Assembly (NCBI GenBank): GCA_963797095.1
Contig: CAWCNY010000004.1
Location: forward strand, 480,001 to 544,000
Direction: 5' to 3'
Length of the DNA: 64,000 bases
Source: an uncultured Chloroflexia bacterium
GTDB lineage: Bacteria; Chloroflexota; Chloroflexia; QHBQ01; JADMIH01
The notes beneath the pieces were generated by a model that saw only the letters and a program-made list of their open reading frames with translations, was not told the origin of the DNA and did not search any database. The position numbers and the translations under genes were made by a program. This document shows positions 9,014-19,339 of the stretch, piece by piece; the stretch's first letter is position 1; every line of letters begins with the position of its first letter.

Positions 9014-10447
9014 ATGACAGCAATCCAAGCCAAACAAACATACCACCAGCCCCCCGGCCCCTTCGCAGTCCCCTTCATAGGCACTCTCTATTCCTATCTG
9101 AACAACCCACTCGACTATGCTCTCAGGCAATATCGGCGCTTCGGCGAAGTGGTCCGAATAGACATCCTGGGCATCCAGGGAGCCGCCCTCCACGGCCCCG
9201 AAGCCAACCGCTACATCCTGGTAGACGCCGTTGACAACTTCCTCGTAGCCCCCTTGATCGACAAGGTGCGCGCCCGCTGGATAGTTGGCGATGGCGTCCT
9301 CTTCATAGACGATCCCAGGCACAAACGCGAGCGCAAGCTAATGCTCCCGGCCTTCCATCGCAAACGCATCGAAGAGTATCAGGACACCATGCGCGAGGTC
9401 ACCACCCAACTGCTCGACTCCTGGCGGCCCGGCGTTACCATCGACATTGCCCGTGAGATGCACCGCCTTGCCCTCATCATCGCAGGACGCACCCTCTTCA
9501 ATGTGGACCTGGCAGGCTCGGCCCGCGACCTCGGACCTGCGGTCGCCACCGTAGTAGAAGCGGTTAGCAACCCCTTCAATATCGCCCTTGCTCAACTCCC
9601 CATCGACCTCTTCAGCGTCGGCAAGGGCGGCACCCTGCGCCGCTCCCTCCGTCGCATTGACACCATCCTCCGCGAGATCATCGAACGCCACGAGCGCGAC
9701 GGCAAGGACACGGGCGATGTGGTCTCCATGCTGGTCGCCGCCCACGACGAAGAAGGCGGTCACCTCACCGTCCAGGAGGTGCGCGACCAGCTACTCACCC
9801 TCTTCGTGGCAGGCCACGAAACAAGTGCCAACGCCCTCGCCTGGTCCTTCTACCTGCTCGCCCAACACCCTCACGTCACAGCTAAACTCCTCGAAGAGAT
9901 CGACCACGAGCTAAAGGGCGAGCCTCCCATCGCCGCCGACCTGGCCCGCCTACCCTACCTGGAAATGGTGGTCAAAGAGGCCCTTCGCCTCTACCCACCC
10001 GCGCCCAGCGCCAACCGCCAGGCCAAAGAGGGCTTCGACTGGAAGGGCTGGACCATCCGCCCCGGCGACATCGTCATCTACTCCCCTTTTATCAGCCACC
10101 GAATGATCGACCAGTGGCGCGAGCCTGATCTCTTCCGGCCTGAGCGCTTCCACCCCACCGAAGGCGACCGCATCGCGCCCTACGCCTACATCCCCTTCGC
10201 CGCCGGGCCGCGCTCCTGCATAGGCGCGCCCTTCGCCACCATAGAGATCAAAACCGTCCTCGTGATGGCCCTCCAACGCTGGCGGCTCGACCTGGTTCCC
10301 GGCCAGTACATTGAGGCCACTGTGCGCACCACCACCCAACCCAAAGATGGCATCCTGATGCGTACCTACCGCCAGGACGGGCTGGTAGAGCGCTCGCCAG
10401 CTCCGGTAACAGGTAATGTGGTCGGTGCGATCCGCCGCAAGCCCTGA
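9014..10447 (+). CDS. Cytochrome P450
   Basis: AGHETS I-helix, EALR (ExxR), PERF, heme motif FAAGPRSCIG. Confidence 0.97.
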   Translation: MTAIQAKQTYHQPPGPFAVPFIGTLYSYLNNPLDYALRQYRRFGEVVRIDILGIQGAALHGPEANRYILVDAVDNFLVAPLIDKVRARWIVGDGVLFIDDPRHKRERKLMLPAFHRKRIEEYQDTMREVTTQLLDSWRPGVTIDIAREMHRLALIIAGRTLFNVDLAGSARDLGPAVATVVEAVSNPFNIALAQLPIDLFSVGKGGTLRRSLRRIDTILREIIERHERDGKDTGDVVSMLVAAHDEEGGHLTVQEVRDQLLTLFVAGHETSANALAWSFYLLAQHPHVTAKLLEEIDHELKGEPPIAADLARLPYLEMVVKEALRLYPPAPSANRQAKEGFDWKGWTIRPGDIVIYSPFISHRMIDQWREPDLFRPERFHPTEGDRIAPYAYIPFAAGPRSCIGAPFATIEIKTVLVMALQRWRLDLVPGQYIEATVRTTTQPKDGILMRTYRQDGLVERSPAPVTGNVVGAIRRKP

Positions 10448-10535
10448 ATGCTCCATGCAGTTCATTCAGCGTCCCGTTCAGATACATACCCCGCCATCCT
10501 AAAAAGGACAGGGCAACCCGCATGAGGTATCCCAA

Positions 10536-11627
10536 ATGGCAATAGATCGAGAACTAAGACTTTCCTGCAAGCGTTTCCTTTCGGGCCACCTGCCCAGGTC
10601 CCAGCGCGACTGGCTCGAAAGCCTCGCCCTTTCGCCTCTGGCCGACCTTCCGCTCGACCTCTACGGCGAAGGCCCCGCTATTCAAAAGCTGGAACATGAG
10701 GTGGCAGAGCTACTTGGCAAAGAAGCCGCCGTATTCCTGCACAAAGGCGTGGTTGCTCAGCAGATAGCCCTCCGCGTCTGGACAGATCGCACCGCGAGGC
10801 CTACCGTTGCTTTACACCCACAAAGTCATATCGATGCCGACGAACAGAATGCCTATGAGCGGCTGCACAATCTTGCAGGCGTGCGCCTGGGCAAGCCCTG
10901 GTCGCCTTTCACTGTGGCCGACCTCGAAGCGGCGGGTGAGCCTCTTGGTGCCATCGTAGTCGAGTTACCGCTCCGCCAGGCTGGCTTCAAACTCCCCACG
11001 TGGGACGAATTGGCAGCCATATCCAACTGGGCACACGCCAGGCATGTTCCCCTCCACTTCGATGGTGCGCGCCTATGGGAATCCGCCCCTTACTATGGCC
11101 GCTCCTACGCCGAGACTTCTGCACTCGCTGACTCTGTCTACGTCTCATTCTACAAAGGATTGGGCGGACTCGCGGGCTGCATTCTCGCCGGGTCCTCCGA
11201 TTTTATCGCTGAATGTCGGCCCTGGCAGACCCGTATGGGCGGTAACATATTCATCCTCTCTCCGTACGTGATCGCGGCCTACGAAGGCTTACACCGCTAC
11301 CTCCCTGAGATGGACGGCTATCACGCACGCGCCCGCGAGATAGCAGCCGCCCTCGACGCGGATTTGCCTGTACAAATCGCCCCCAACCCGCCCCACACGA
11401 ATGCGTTCCAGCTTCTCCTCCCCGCTGCTCGTGCTGGCCTGGAGCGCGCGGTCAACATCATAGCCGAGCAAGACCACGAATGGGTATCCGGCTATTTCGA
11501 GGATACGCAGGTGCCCGGCTTTACCATGACCGAGATAAGCGTTGGCGAAGCCACCAAAGCCTGGACTACGGCGGAGATCGTGGCTGCCTTTCGAAAGTTG
11601 CTGGCTCTGGCCGCGCGAACTTCCTAG
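10536..11627 (+). CDS. Low-specificity L-threonine aldolase family (PLP)
   Basis: DLYGEG, HFDGARLW, SFYKGLGG. Confidence 0.9.
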   Translation: MAIDRELRLSCKRFLSGHLPRSQRDWLESLALSPLADLPLDLYGEGPAIQKLEHEVAELLGKEAAVFLHKGVVAQQIALRVWTDRTARPTVALHPQSHIDADEQNAYERLHNLAGVRLGKPWSPFTVADLEAAGEPLGAIVVELPLRQAGFKLPTWDELAAISNWAHARHVPLHFDGARLWESAPYYGRSYAETSALADSVYVSFYKGLGGLAGCILAGSSDFIAECRPWQTRMGGNIFILSPYVIAAYEGLHRYLPEMDGYHARAREIAAALDADLPVQIAPNPPHTNAFQLLLPAARAGLERAVNIIAEQDHEWVSGYFEDTQVPGFTMTEISVGEATKAWTTAEIVAAFRKLLALAARTS

Positions 11628-11685
11628 CTCTCCGTCTCCGATCTGGTCCCAATCCGCCTGAAGGCATATCTTGCCGGCGAAGCCC

Positions 11686-11716
11686 TTGACTCTGACGTTA
11701 CGTCATACCTTATAGT
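11686..11716 (+). promoter_or_regulatory. MerR-type promoter with dyad operator
   Basis: TTGACT-19 bp-TATAGT with TGACGT-T-ACGTCA palindrome (11693-11705) in the spacer. Confidence 0.85.
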
Positions 11717-11739
11717 TGCCTCAGAAAGGAGGTAACACC

Positions 11740-12549
11740 TTGGATCGACCCTTGTACCCAAGCAGTAAGTTTGCTCGCAAAGCCTCGGTAACCGTGCGCA
11801 CGCTGCGCTACTACGACAAAGTGGGCCTGCTCTCCCCAACGCAATACAGCGAAGCGGGCTACCGTCTCTACTCCGACCAGGACCTCGTGAATCTTCAGCA
11901 GATACTCGCGCTGAAGTTCCTGGGCTTCTCTCTCGATGAGATCAAGGCGCTCATCAAGTCGGGTCCTCACAGCCTGGCCGACGTGTTGGCTCAGCAGAAG
12001 GCGATGATGAACGAGAAGAGAGCCTGGCTAGACACAATCATCCAGGCCATCGATGAGACCGAAAAGTTGCTGCAAGCGGGGCGCTGCGATTGGGAATCCC
12101 TCGTAAAAGTGATCCAGGTAATACAAATGGACCAAAACAAAGAATGGGTGAAGAAGTATTTCACGCAAGAACAGCTAGATCAGATGCAACACCTCTCCGA
12201 TCAATCCTATTCGGACGAGGCACGAGCCGGGATGGCGCAACGGCCTGAGTGGACCGAAGAGGATCAGCACAGGGCAAACGCCCAGTGGGCCGAGATATGG
12301 GACGAGGTCCGCAATCTGGCGGCTCAACGAAGTGACCCCGCAGGTGCGGAAGCAAAGGCACTGGCGGCCAAATACAACACACTGATCTCCGCCTTCACAG
12401 GCGGCAACCGGCACATCGCTGGCGGCCTGAGCAAATGGTGGCAGAACTACGACGCCCTACCCGCCGACCAACGCCCCTTCCAGCTACCCATCACGCCCGA
12501 AGAACAAGACTTCCTCAACAAAGTCCTCAACGCCTACGGCAACAAGTAA
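11740..12549 (+). CDS. MerR family regulator with TipAS-like C-terminal domain
   Basis: VRTLRYYDKVGLL, GYRLY, LKFLGFSLDEI; TTG start after AAGGAGG. Confidence 0.92.
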   Translation: MDRPLYPSSKFARKASVTVRTLRYYDKVGLLSPTQYSEAGYRLYSDQDLVNLQQILALKFLGFSLDEIKALIKSGPHSLADVLAQQKAMMNEKRAWLDTIIQAIDETEKLLQAGRCDWESLVKVIQVIQMDQNKEWVKKYFTQEQLDQMQHLSDQSYSDEARAGMAQRPEWTEEDQHRANAQWAEIWDEVRNLAAQRSDPAGAEAKALAAKYNTLISAFTGGNRHIAGGLSKWWQNYDALPADQRPFQLPITPEEQDFLNKVLNAYGNK

Positions 12550-12556
12550 TCACACG

Positions 12557-12614
12557 GGCATGGAAACATAAGACAACCCGATCCTAAAGTCGGGATGACC
12601 CATGTCTCCATGCC
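12557..12614. terminator. Hairpin between convergent genes
   Basis: GGCATGGA...TCCATGCC outer stem with inner CCCGA/TCGGG stem. Confidence 0.45.
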
Positions 12615-12617
12615 AAT

Positions 12618-13283
12618 CTACCCCAATTCCCTCACGACCTCATCCGTGTGATCGTACAACAGGCGATCCAACTCTCGACCCTCCAGGCCTACCTCCCTGG
12701 CCACGTCCAGGTAGAACTGCTCATGAGTCTCATAATTGGAGAATGAGAGACCCGACGCACTCGTGACCTTCTTGATCCTCAAATCCACCGCAATAGCATC
12801 CCTAAACTCCGCGTGACCGACGGCCATCAGTATATTGCGCGCGTACTTGGGTCCGATACCAGCCAACAACTCCAGAAACCCGATCTTCCCCTCCCGCCCC
12901 TCAGTCAAAAGCAACATCTCCTTCGCGGCCACCGGCCCTCCCAGGTCAACTACTAGTTTGAAGTTGCTCGCCAAATACCCGGCCTTAATGCCGGGCATCC
13001 TCACGCCCGCCTTCCGCAACGTCTGATCCAGCCTTTCCAGGCGTTCTCCCTCGGAAAGCTCCGCCAGCACATCGAACCCGATCAATCCATAGTTCTCCTG
13101 GTTAGCGATCAGCCCATCATAGGCCCGTGTATTGCCCATAGTCGCCATAGCTACCAGGAACGAATGCCAAAGAAAATCGGGGCGGCCCAGATCGGCTTCC
13201 CCGACTTTCAACTCATCCAATTCGTCCTGATACTTCCGGGCTAACACGGATACGACCTGCACCAGTCGCCCGCGCTTCGACAT
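12618..13283 (-). CDS. HhH-GPD superfamily DNA glycosylase-like protein
   Basis: LAGIGPKYARNIL helix-hairpin-helix with Lys, downstream IAVDLRI Asp, ELDRLLY C-terminus. Confidence 0.65.
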   Translation of the reverse strand: MSKRGRLVQVVSVLARKYQDELDELKVGEADLGRPDFLWHSFLVAMATMGNTRAYDGLIANQENYGLIGFDVLAELSEGERLERLDQTLRKAGVRMPGIKAGYLASNFKLVVDLGGPVAAKEMLLLTEGREGKIGFLELLAGIGPKYARNILMAVGHAEFRDAIAVDLRIKKVTSASGLSFSNYETHEQFYLDVAREVGLEGRELDRLLYDHTDEVVRELG

Positions 13284-13303
13284 AGCCTTATTGGCCCTGG
13301 GCC

Positions 13304-14938
13304 CTAGTGATCCGCCCCAATCGGAATTCGGTCGCGGTCCAACTCGTCCTGCTCGATATCGAACTCCATCTTCTTCTGGAAGAATTGCACCGGGTGCGCC
13401 CTCACCGCCTCTTCAAGCGACATCTTCCCATCCACCGTGAACTCCATTTGCATCGGCACCGGGTAATTTCCCGTGAAGCACCCAGAGCAAAGCCTGTTGC
13501 CGCCCAGGCCCACCGCCCGGAACAGCCCAGGCAGGCTCAAATATCCCAGCGAATCCGCCCCAATATGCTCCGCGATCTCATCTACCGTCAGCCTGTGCGC
13601 GATCAACTCCTCGCGTCTCGCGGTGTCCACTCCCAAATAACAGGGGTGCGCCATCGCGGGCGAGTGTATCCGCACATGCACCTCCGTCGCGCCCGCCCGC
13701 CGCAGTAATTCGACGATAGGCCGTGTGGTCGTCCCCCGAACAATAGAGTCGTCCACCACCACCACGCGCTTCCCACTCAATACCTCCGGCAGCGGGTTAA
13801 ACTTCAACCCTATACCTCGTTCTCTCAAATGCTGGTGCGGCTGGATCAACGTCCTCCCAATATAGCGGTTCTTGATCAACCCCTCCGTATACGGAATCCC
13901 CGACTCCAGCGCATACCCGATAGCCGCGGGCGTAGCCGAGTCGGGCACACCGATCACGATATCCGCCTTGGCCGGGTGCTCACGGGCGAGCTCACGCCCC
14001 ATGTTCTGCCGCGCCTGGTATAACGCCCGCCCTTCGATCACGCTATCGGGCCGAGCGAAATAGATATACTCGAACACGCATAGCGCCTGCTCCACAGCGG
14101 ATGAGTCCTTGAACGAAGTCAATCCCTCCGGCCCCACCATCACGATCTCCCCAGGCTCGATCTCCCGGATAAACTGCGCCCCTATTGTCATCAAAGCACA
14201 CGACTCCGAAGCGATCACCCAACCGCCGTTAGCTTTCGGCGAATGTAGTGGGTTACGCGCAATCGGCTCCCCCTTGTGTGCGCTCGTCTCATCCCCAGGC
14301 GCTGGGTGTCCGGGCAACCGCCCCAGGCAGAGCGGACGTATCCCCATCGGGTCGCGCACCGCCATCATGTGCGTCTTGGTCAGCAGCACCAGCGAATAAG
14401 CACCCCGCAGGCGCGACATCGCCCGCCGAAACTTGGTAGCCCAATCGCTCCCATGCGATGACACCGCCAGTTGCCCGATTACTTCCGTGTCCGAGGTCGT
14501 CTCGAACGTATACCCATCCCCCATCAACTCAATTTGCAGCGGCCCGGCGTTGGTCACATTTCCGTTATGCGCCACCGCGATCCACCCCAAACTTGGGTCG
14601 AGCAGGCGCAGCGGCTGTGCATTGCACGCCACCGACGATCCCGTAGTCGAATACCTCGTATGCCCGATGGCCGCGTGCCCCGTCAACTTCCCTAGCGACT
14701 CCTCATCGAAAGCCGTCGAGACAAGCCCCATCTTCGTCCGCAACATCAATTCCCGCCCATCCGTGGATGCAATCCCCGCCGACTCCTGCCCCCGGTGCTG
14801 CAAAGCGTACAGCCCGAAATAGGTCAGGCGCGCCACATCCTCCCCAGGTGCCCACACGCCGAATATGCCGCACTCCTCGTGCATCTTGTCGTCCAGCTGC
14901 GGATTGCCGAATGTGGATTGCGGATTGTGCTCGTTCAT
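13304..14938 (-). CDS. purF: Amidophosphoribosyltransferase
   Basis: Propeptide then CGIFG, QHRGQESAGI, GHTRYST, VVVVDDSIVRGTT, Fe-S cysteines (CVFE, PCYLG, CSGCF). Confidence 0.97.
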   Translation of the reverse strand: MNEHNPQSTFGNPQLDDKMHEECGIFGVWAPGEDVARLTYFGLYALQHRGQESAGIASTDGRELMLRTKMGLVSTAFDEESLGKLTGHAAIGHTRYSTTGSSVACNAQPLRLLDPSLGWIAVAHNGNVTNAGPLQIELMGDGYTFETTSDTEVIGQLAVSSHGSDWATKFRRAMSRLRGAYSLVLLTKTHMMAVRDPMGIRPLCLGRLPGHPAPGDETSAHKGEPIARNPLHSPKANGGWVIASESCALMTIGAQFIREIEPGEIVMVGPEGLTSFKDSSAVEQALCVFEYIYFARPDSVIEGRALYQARQNMGRELAREHPAKADIVIGVPDSATPAAIGYALESGIPYTEGLIKNRYIGRTLIQPHQHLRERGIGLKFNPLPEVLSGKRVVVVDDSIVRGTTTRPIVELLRRAGATEVHVRIHSPAMAHPCYLGVDTARREELIAHRLTVDEIAEHIGADSLGYLSLPGLFRAVGLGGNRLCSGCFTGNYPVPMQMEFTVDGKMSLEEAVRAHPVQFFQKKMEFDIEQDELDRDRIPIGADH

Positions 14939-14951
14939 CGGTCCCTCACTG

Positions 14952-15404
14952 TCAGTATCCCGGACAATGAATTGTCGGGCTACCCAAACAAAGTCCGCCT
15001 TCGCGGACTACCATGCCCCGGTTGGTCAACGCAGAATGGTGTTCCTTTTGCCGCACTACATAAGTCCGCACGCTTGGCACCATTTCTTTCGAGATGGTAA
15101 ACGCGCCATAAGAGCCTTGCCACTTGAAAAAGGCATCAGGACAGAGCTTGCGGGTCATCAAATGGGAGGAGGTGCCTTTTACTTCCCTCGCCAACATGGC
15201 AACAGAAACAGTTGTTGCTAGCTTTGCCAGCAAATGCACGTGATCCTCAATCCCACCGATAGCCACCACATCACAAGCAATTTCCCTACACTTCTCAACA
15301 ATAGACGCGTAAAGCTGTTCTTCATGATTCACCGTCATGAGCGGAAGGCGATCCCACGTCGCCCAAACCATATGCACGTACAGCTCTGTATGGTTCCCAC
15401 TCAT
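14952..15404 (-). CDS. tnpA: IS200/IS605-like Y1 (HUH) transposase, no tnpB
   Basis: HMVWAT, DHVHLL (HUH), WQGSYGAF, YxxxQKEHH. Confidence 0.9.
   Translation of the reverse strand: MSGNHTELYVHMVWATWDRLPLMTVNHEEQLYASIVEKCREIACDVVAIGGIEDHVHLLAKLATTVSVAMLAREVKGTSSHLMTRKLCPDAFFKWQGSYGAFTISKEMVPSVRTYVVRQKEHHSALTNRGMVVREGGLCLGSPTIHCPGY
14959..15009. repeat. REP-like double-hairpin element, left copy
   Basis: cccggacaatgaattgtcgggctac...aagtccgccttcgcggact; inverted homolog of 15448-15499. Confidence 0.8.
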
Positions 15405-15447
15405 TCAAGATCAATCTCCAGACATACTAACCGGCTACAGGCAAGAC

Positions 15448-15499
15448 AGCCCGCGAAGGCGGGCTTCGTTTGCGTAGCCCCCCGATTTCAATCGGCGGG
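15448..15499. repeat. REP-like double-hairpin element, right copy
   Basis: agcccgcgaaggcgggcttcgtttgcgtagccccccgatttcaatcggcggg. Confidence 0.8.
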
Positions 15500-15542
15500 C
15501 TTACTTACTGGTGCTGGCGCTCGCCAAACATGCTAACAAGGA

Positions 15543-17855
15543 TCAAGCTAAACCACTCCTCCACGACGCCACTAAATCATCCAGGCTTGCATCAACCAGC
15601 ACAGCGCCTCCCCTGCCGATCCGCAACCTGTCGCCTCCCGTCTCTCCCAAAACAAAAAGCCCCACCCCGGTAGCCTCCGCTAGATCCTCTAACGCTGGCC
15701 ACTCCGGTGTGGGTAGAGCTACTATTATACGCGAAGCTTCCTCTGAGAACAACAAAACGTCCGACCTCACATGCGGATTATGCTCCGCCAATCCATCCAG
15801 CGACACCTCGGCCCCCACCCCGCCCGCTATACACATCTCGGCCAGCGCGGTCGCCAGTCCCCCATCGCTGCAATCATGCGCCACATCCACCAGCCGCTTA
15901 TGTATAGCCGTTCTGCACACATACTGGGTATTCCGCTCGGAGGCAAAATCCACGTGTGGCGGCATCCCGGCCTTCAACCCAAACATCGTCTCGACGTACT
16001 GGCTTGCTCCCAGCAACTCGCTGCCCGCTCCAGGCTCCTTCGCTCCCCGCCCCCACAACAGCCCGATCCTCAGCCCCTCGCGAAAAGCCATCCCCGCCCT
16101 GTGCTCTACGTTCTCCAGCAGCCCAAGCATCCCCACCACAGGCGTCGGCAGTACCGCCACACCTTCACTCTCGTTATACAGCGACACGTTCCCGCTCACC
16201 ACCGGGATCCCAAGCGCGTTGCAGGCATCCGCCATCCCATTCACCGCGCTTTCCATCTGGTAGAAAACGTGCGGCTTCTCAGGGTTTCCAAAATTGAGAC
16301 AATCTGTTACCGCCAGCGGCTCCGCCCCCACGCAAGACAGGTTGCGCGCCGCCTCCGCCACTGCCAGCGCCCCTCCCTCATAAGGCTCAAGATAGCAATA
16401 TCGCCCGTTGCAATCAATCGTAAGAGCGATCCCCTTCTGTGTTCCCTTGATCCTCAGCACAGCCGCGTCCGCCTGCCCGGGCTGCAAAACCGTATTAGAC
16501 CCTATTGTATAGTCATAAGTCCGGTAAACCCGCTCCTTTGATGCCACATTAGGAGAAGCCAGCACCGCCAACATAGCGTCGGTATGCGCCTTTCGCCCTT
16601 CGTCGCGAGTGTGCAGCAGCGCATCCCAGTCGGGGTGCTGCATCTCGTCCAGGGCCGGGTCAGGCTCTCCCGCCACATATCTGATCGGCACTTCATCCGC
16701 CAATAGCTGCGCAAGCACCTCGGCTGCTAACGTCCCGCCATCGTATATCCTAACAAGCCCATCGTCTGTCACCTTACCGATGATATTCGAGTGCAGACCC
16801 CACTTTGTAAATACCGCCCGCGCCTCCTCTGCCTTACCGCTCTCCACGATCACCAGCATCCGCTCCTGCAACTCCGACAGCATGATCTCATACGCGTTCA
16901 TCCCGCTCTCGCGCCTCGGCACGTGCGCCAGGTCGATCTCGATCCCCGTACCCGCTCGCGCCGCGCACTCTACAGCCGACGAAGTAAGGCCCGCCGCCCC
17001 CAGGTCTTGCATCCCCACCACGATCCCCAGTTCCAGCACCTCCAGACAAGCCTCCATAAGGCACTTCTCAAGGAACGGATTGCCAACCTGCACCGCTGGA
17101 CGGTCCTCAAGGGCGTCTTCACCCAATGTATCTGAGGCAAAAGTGGCCCCATGTATGCCGTCGCGCCCCGTATCTGCTCCCACTAGCAGCACCGGATTGC
17201 CCACCCCCGCCGCCACCGCCCGCATGATGCTGCCCGACCTGATCAACCCCACACACATAGCGTTCACCAGCGGGTTGCCCGAATACAACTCGTCGAAATA
17301 AATCTCCCCACCCACCGTGGGGATTCCGATGCAGTTCCCATACCCACCGATCCCCGCCACCACGCCCCCGAACAGGTACCTGTTATGTGGCTCCGACAGC
17401 GGCCCGAACCGCAACGAATTGAGCAGGGCCACCGGGCGCGCGCCCATCGTGAAAATATCTCGCACAATTCCGCCCACGCCGGTAGCCGCGCCCTCTACAG
17501 GCTCCACGGCCGAGGGGTGGTTGTGCGACTCCACCTTCAGCGCAGCCGCCCACCCGTCTCCCAGATCAATGATCCCGGCGTTCTCGCCCGGTCCCTGCAA
17601 AACTCGCGGCCCTTTTGTCGGAAACCTGCGCAACAATGGCTTCGAATGCTTATACCCGCAATGCTCGCTCCACATCGCCCCCGCCATCCCCAGCTCAACC
17701 ATGTTTGGCTGCCTGCCCAATTTCCCCCTGAACTGCCCGTACTCGTCTCGCGTAAGCCCAACTTCGGACAACAGCACAGAAAGCTCCTCATCCGGGAGGT
17801 CGTCCGGGATGGGAGCAATAACAGACGGGATATGGGAAGAATTGTGAGGGGCCAT
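15543..17855 (-). CDS. purL: FGAM synthase subunit PurL
   Basis: [54 protein letters not shown]. Confidence 0.97.
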   Translation of the reverse strand: MAPHNSSHIPSVIAPIPDDLPDEELSVLLSEVGLTRDEYGQFRGKLGRQPNMVELGMAGAMWSEHCGYKHSKPLLRRFPTKGPRVLQGPGENAGIIDLGDGWAAALKVESHNHPSAVEPVEGAATGVGGIVRDIFTMGARPVALLNSLRFGPLSEPHNRYLFGGVVAGIGGYGNCIGIPTVGGEIYFDELYSGNPLVNAMCVGLIRSGSIMRAVAAGVGNPVLLVGADTGRDGIHGATFASDTLGEDALEDRPAVQVGNPFLEKCLMEACLEVLELGIVVGMQDLGAAGLTSSAVECAARAGTGIEIDLAHVPRRESGMNAYEIMLSELQERMLVIVESGKAEEARAVFTKWGLHSNIIGKVTDDGLVRIYDGGTLAAEVLAQLLADEVPIRYVAGEPDPALDEMQHPDWDALLHTRDEGRKAHTDAMLAVLASPNVASKERVYRTYDYTIGSNTVLQPGQADAAVLRIKGTQKGIALTIDCNGRYCYLEPYEGGALAVAEAARNLSCVGAEPLAVTDCLNFGNPEKPHVFYQMESAVNGMADACNALGIPVVSGNVSLYNESEGVAVLPTPVVGMLGLLENVEHRAGMAFREGLRIGLLWGRGAKEPGAGSELLGASQYVETMFGLKAGMPPHVDFASERNTQYVCRTAIHKRLVDVAHDCSDGGLATALAEMCIAGGVGAEVSLDGLAEHNPHVRSDVLLFSEEASRIIVALPTPEWPALEDLAEATGVGLFVLGETGGDRLRIGRGGAVLVDASLDDLVASWRSGLA

Positions 17856-17962
17856 TGTCTCCCTAGCTGAGATTAAGAGCCTTATGGACCGGCCCACAAA
17901 TTATAACATGGCATGCAGAGTTATCCACATCCGCGAGACCAACGGACCATATTTCTCCGGAG

Positions 17963-18472
17963 CTAAAGCTCGTCCCTTCGAATAATTGGTATTGCCCACC
18001 ACAGCAGGCCGATTATGACTGCCACTATCACCGCCACCACCCACGACAGTGGCTCTCCAATAACCACCGATGTCACTATCTGTGACGAGAGCACCAGTGC
18101 CACGGACGCGGGCACCAGCCCGATTATCATCAAGCGTGTAATGAAATCCTTATAGCGCGTGCGATCGACCACAGGTCGCATCAATCTATGCATCGCAGCC
18201 GGGGCCGCAAAGAAGATCAGGCTCGTAAGCGAGCACATAAAGGTGACCAGAAAGATCCACCTCTCCGTCTCATCAAGCCTGTCAAACCCGCTGTTGAATG
18301 GTAAGATCGTCAGGAACGCCGTCAGCACCTGCGCACCCTGCAATAAGATGCGTAGCTCCTGCAAAATATCGGCCAGGCTGTTTGGCGAAGGCATGTCCGC
18401 ATCTTGACCATGCAACGCCACTTCTTCTGGCTCTCTTGTACTTGAGTCAATCATGCAACCATTCCTGCTCAA
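17963..18472 (-). CDS. DUF6328-like membrane protein
   Basis: LQELRILLQGAQVLTAFL..LPF, APAAMHR, four TM helices; start uncertain. Confidence 0.75.
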   Translation of the reverse strand: MSRNGCMIDSSTREPEEVALHGQDADMPSPNSLADILQELRILLQGAQVLTAFLTILPFNSGFDRLDETERWIFLVTFMCSLTSLIFFAAPAAMHRLMRPVVDRTRYKDFITRLMIIGLVPASVALVLSSQIVTSVVIGEPLSWVVAVIVAVIIGLLWWAIPIIRRDEL

Positions 18473-18564
18473 TTTGAGTAATCAAGAGAGCAAAATGTGT
18501 GCCTGACACTCTGGGTCGTCTGACAGAGGGCCTGACCTTACAAACTTACTTAAAGGTACTCGGC

Positions 18565-19266
18565 TTACCTCATGAATTCAGATTTGCCTAGCTTACAAAG
18601 GCCATCTATCCTATCCAACACGATATCGGGGTCCGGTTTGCGGTACTGCTTCGGATCGTGCGCATAGTGTCCTTGCTTCACCCACACCGTCGTGATCTTA
18701 CCCCCCACCGCTTTCTTTACCCGCGCCAGGATAGTCTCCTTATCGTCCGCAAGCACATAGTGCCGTGCAGGCAGCCTCTTCATAATATCCTCAAGATGGT
18801 CCTGCTTGTGCGTAAATATCAACACATCATCATACCCCACGATTTGCGCCAGCCCCGCCCGCGCGATCTTCTGCGGCTGGTACACCGCATCCCCATCCGA
18901 AAGGATCGCCACCTCCCCCAACTTGCACACATGCTCCAGGGACGCTACCGTTCCCGGATACAAATAATCCTCATAAGGCCACTCGTTGACTATATTGGCT
19001 GCCCGGCGCGCCGCCGTTTTATCAGGCCACTCTTCCACGAACCTCGCCAGCGTATCAGGATAACTAACTACGTCCACCTGCTGGCGTACCTCTTCGTAAA
19101 TCTCCCAAAACCTGTGTGCTCCCGCCTCGCCCAACACTCCCAGCAACTTCTCGGCCATGTCCGCCTTAGATCTGTCGTTGTCCATCAGCGTATCGTCAAC
19201 GTCAAATAGGAACACCAGATCGTGCTCTTGCTCTCCCTTGGTAGAGTTCTCCGCATTGTCAGTCAT
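18565..19266 (-). CDS. HAD-superfamily hydrolase
   Basis: FDVDDTL motif I, LSDG, QxxKI, ADDK. Confidence 0.85.
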   Translation of the reverse strand: MTDNAENSTKGEQEHDLVFLFDVDDTLMDNDRSKADMAEKLLGVLGEAGAHRFWEIYEEVRQQVDVVSYPDTLARFVEEWPDKTAARRAANIVNEWPYEDYLYPGTVASLEHVCKLGEVAILSDGDAVYQPQKIARAGLAQIVGYDDVLIFTHKQDHLEDIMKRLPARHYVLADDKETILARVKKAVGGKITTVWVKQGHYAHDPKQYRKPDPDIVLDRIDGLCKLGKSEFMR

Positions 19267-19339
19267 ATGACCACCCTGTATACTATTCCCTACAGACCAC
19301 CGAAATTTCCAATAAGAAATACGCAATACGCAATACCCC

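Noticed and set aside
8781-9041. ORF with SSECL repeats as a Cys-rich peptide or RiPP precursor next to the P450
   Set aside because: It is just the antisense translation of the 15-bp tandem repeat; no RBS, and it overlaps the P450 start
17856-17962. Purine or ZTP riboswitch upstream of pur genes
   Set aside because: Leaders of purL, purB, purC and purQ are short or repeat-filled and I could not find aptamer consensus motifs; cmscan would be decisive
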